Source of the DNA: Hypanus sabinus
Lineage: Eukaryota
Length of the DNA stretch: 64,000 nt
NCBI RefSeq assembly: GCF_030144855.1
Contig: NC_082731.1
Span: 22,754,001-22,818,000, forward strand
Direction: 5' to 3'
The position numbers and the translations under genes are program-made. The notes under the pieces are model-generated. The model did no database searches, had not been told where the DNA came from, and was given only the letters and a program-made list of their open reading frames with translations. Position 1 is the first letter of the stretch; every line of letters begins with the position of its first letter. This document shows positions 61,317 to 64,000 of the stretch, in pieces.

Positions 61317-63164
61317 CAGATGTGTACAACCACGCTGAATAAGAACCCGCGGGATCCCACGAGAGTGCATCTGAACTGGGTGAGATAAAACGTTGTTACA
61401 ACAATCCAAGAACAGAGAGACCATGCTGGCATATGAAGCGGAATAGGGTTTGGCAAGTCCAGGTGTTGAAAGCAGCGGTTGTTGAAATACAATGTGTAAA
61501 CGATATGTTGCCTCCAGGTGTGTTACTTGATTCGCTTTTCACATAGCAATCAGCTTTTCTTTGCGCACAAGATTTTTGGTCAACGTATCTACAAAAAATC
61601 ATGTTCTATGAGAAAAAAAATCTGAATACAAACTTCACCATACTAAAAGAAACATTCCTCGCATTTTACTTTTTCCCAACTCAATACCTGCTGCAGATAT
61701 TTGACGTACAGAGATTAGTTGCGGAGCTGTCGGGATCTGTGAGTGCCAAATCGTAAAACTTCTTCAAAATGTTCCACAACTTTTGGACAGGAAAGGATGT
61801 AATGCAAGAATGTCAGAGCAATCTTGCATAAGTTGGTGAAGTGCATTGATGGTGCGGATATCCAGAGTCTTTTTGCTAAGTCTGAAGTGGCTAACACCAG
61901 GCTTGGCATAGTTTTAATATGTTTGAAAATAATTGCAGACGAGATGTCAGGGGTAGGATTTTCACACATAGAGTGGTGAGTGCACTAACGGCGGCGGTGG
62001 TGAAAGCATATAACATGGCGTCTTTTTAAAACGTCATAGATCGGAATATGACTATTGGGGAACGCGTTTTCCATTGCAGAGAAGGAGGACTTGTAATCCA
62101 GGAGTTAAGTGAAACATCGTAATAAGAAATTATAACAACTGTTAGAAGAACACAAACGTGGTTAATGCCGATTAGCAATATTTAATGCAAAGTTCACCCT
62201 TTCTATTTGCATTTTTAAGCATTTGTGTTCTCTACGCTGTTTGTATTTTTGTTTTAAAGCAAGAAGTAATTTTTTTGCAGAGTTCATTGTGTACATTCAT
62301 TTGAACTTTTTTTTTTGAATTCGCTCTCATCTCTTGTCGTTGTTCTGTATTTCCAGATGCATGATGGCTGGGTAAATATGGCCCTTCCATATTTAGTCTC
62401 AAAGATCTTCTTGAATGTATCAAATCCCGTTTCATGTCCGGGTGGAAATGTAATTATTCCGAAGCAGGGGAGTTCCATTCCATCCAATGTTCGCATTATA
62501 CAGTTGTACATTCTGATTTTCCGCTCCAACGGACGAAAATACTCAAATTTCCTAAAATTGCAATATTACGACAATGTTCTTAAATCTTGTTTGTTGGACT
62601 GTCTCAAAAAAATGTCTTAGTTTAAATGCACTGGAAATGAATATTGACGAAAATGTTCAGCGAATGGTCGTATCATATCTGCTCGATTCTTAAATAAAAT
62701 TAAGGCCCATGCGATCTTCTCACTAAATCCCTCTCTACTTCTTGACCGATTTGAAGCAAAAATGAATATCCAAATCACACTGAATATATATTATTAACGT
62801 CTGTGCCTCCACAGGTCTCTGTCGTAAATAGTCAGTCCAATGGATGAGAAAGTTCTTGCTCATTAACGTTTTCGAAACAAAACTTCTACCCTTTGTTAAA
62901 AGTAATATTTCCCACAGAACAAGATGCCACAATGAGAACAAACACAATCCAGCAAGTTCAACGACTAGAACAACGTAAAAACGCAAATCAGTATGTTTCA
63001 GCAAATTCTTGTTATATATATTTATCTTTTTTTACGGGCGATGTCGATGTTTCTCTATTCTCTTCCAATTCAGATCAATGCTTCGTCATTTTTTCGTTAT
63101 TTGGTTTTTGCTGCTGTTTGAGTAGTAGTGCTTTGATGTCCAAATCTTAGCCGAAATGCAAGCA

Positions 63165-64000
63165 CAGGAACATGGAAACTTAAAAAGCATGCAGTAAAAT
63201 ACAGGCCATTCGGCCCACAGATTTGTGCTGAACCTACCTTAGAAATTGCTAGCGTTACCGGTAGCCCTTTATTTTACTAAGCCCCTTGTACCTATCCAAA
63301 AGCCTCTATCCCCTCCGCATTCACCACCGTTGCCGGCAGCCTATTCAACACACTCATCAATTTCTACGTAAGAAACTTACCACTGATATATCTTGTGAAC
63401 CCACCGACAAGCACCTAAACCTGTGCCCTCTTGTGGCCTCACTAGTCCGTGTCTCTGTTTCTGCAATGAACATTGAAACATACAACGACTGTGTTTCATG
63501 CAGTACATATTCAGCAATTCAAAAAAAAAATAGCACTCAGCAGGCTGGCAGTGATATCTGAAGCAAGATCTCAATATAGGATGTGTTTTGTATTTAGCAT
63601 TTGATGTAACTGTTGTACCGCTGCGCTCGCTCTCTCTCTCTCTCTCCGCTCCTTTCTTGCCGTTCTTTTCTCTTCCTCTCTCGTTCTGTATCGCTCGGTA
63701 TGGACGCAATCTACTTGTACTTGCAGATAAAGTTAGAAACATAGAAATCCTACAGCAAAATGCAAGCCCTTCCACCCGCAATGTAGTGCCGAACAGGTCG
63801 TACTTCACCAATTATCTAGGGTTATCTATAGCCCTATATTTTTCGAAGTTCCGTATACCTATCCATGAGCCTCTTAAAATACACTGTCGTCTTTTTGCGA
63901 CTGGCAGCAAATTTATTTCCATATCTCGCATTAAAGTGCAAGAGTTGTTGAATTACTTTATTCGATAATCCTGCTCCATAGTTTCCTTGGCAGGAAAACA
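63165..64000 (-). mobile_element. CR1 or CR1-derived SINE 3' fragments (63165-63440, 63720-64000)
   Basis: aggccattcggccca..., cattcaccac...ggcag...attcaacacactca: reverse complement of the CR1 3' UTR. Confidence 0.6.

Noticed and set aside
1-64000. Prokaryotic-type systems (CRISPR arrays, operons), rRNA and tRNA genes
   Set aside because: The sequence is eukaryotic (spliceosomal introns, RSS, LINEs); no regularly spaced repeat-spacer array or recognisable structural RNA gene was seen.

Overview
Vertebrate genomic DNA, very likely from a cartilaginous fish (ray/skate-like; inferred from the CR1 and Penelope repeat families, not from a database search). The window is part of a T-cell receptor alpha/delta variable-segment array. 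It holds one intact V gene (leader 253-301, V exon 406-712, 23-bp-spacer RSS 713-751) and five well-supported decayed V pseudogenes on the same strand: 31.1 kb, 32.8-34.6 kb (split by a Penelope insertion), 48.6 kb, 57.4 kb and 61.0 kb. There are also a few weaker V-like remnants. No convincing J or C segment was found. Most of the rest is transposon debris: CR1 LINEs (one near full length), Rex1/Babar-like LINE fragments, Penelope-like elements carrying minimal hammerhead-ribozyme motifs, a Tc1/mariner element, a Gmr1-type Gypsy remnant and solo LTRs. There is also a 3.7-kb tandem duplication, a 0.94-kb dispersed duplication, microsatellites and two N gaps. Most ORFs in the supplied track are spurious or TE-derived. 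I see no clearly new biological system. The best leads are known phenomena in a new context (hammerheads, a V segment destroyed by a Penelope insertion, cryptic V families, a D-like repeat). All alignments and translations were done by eye.
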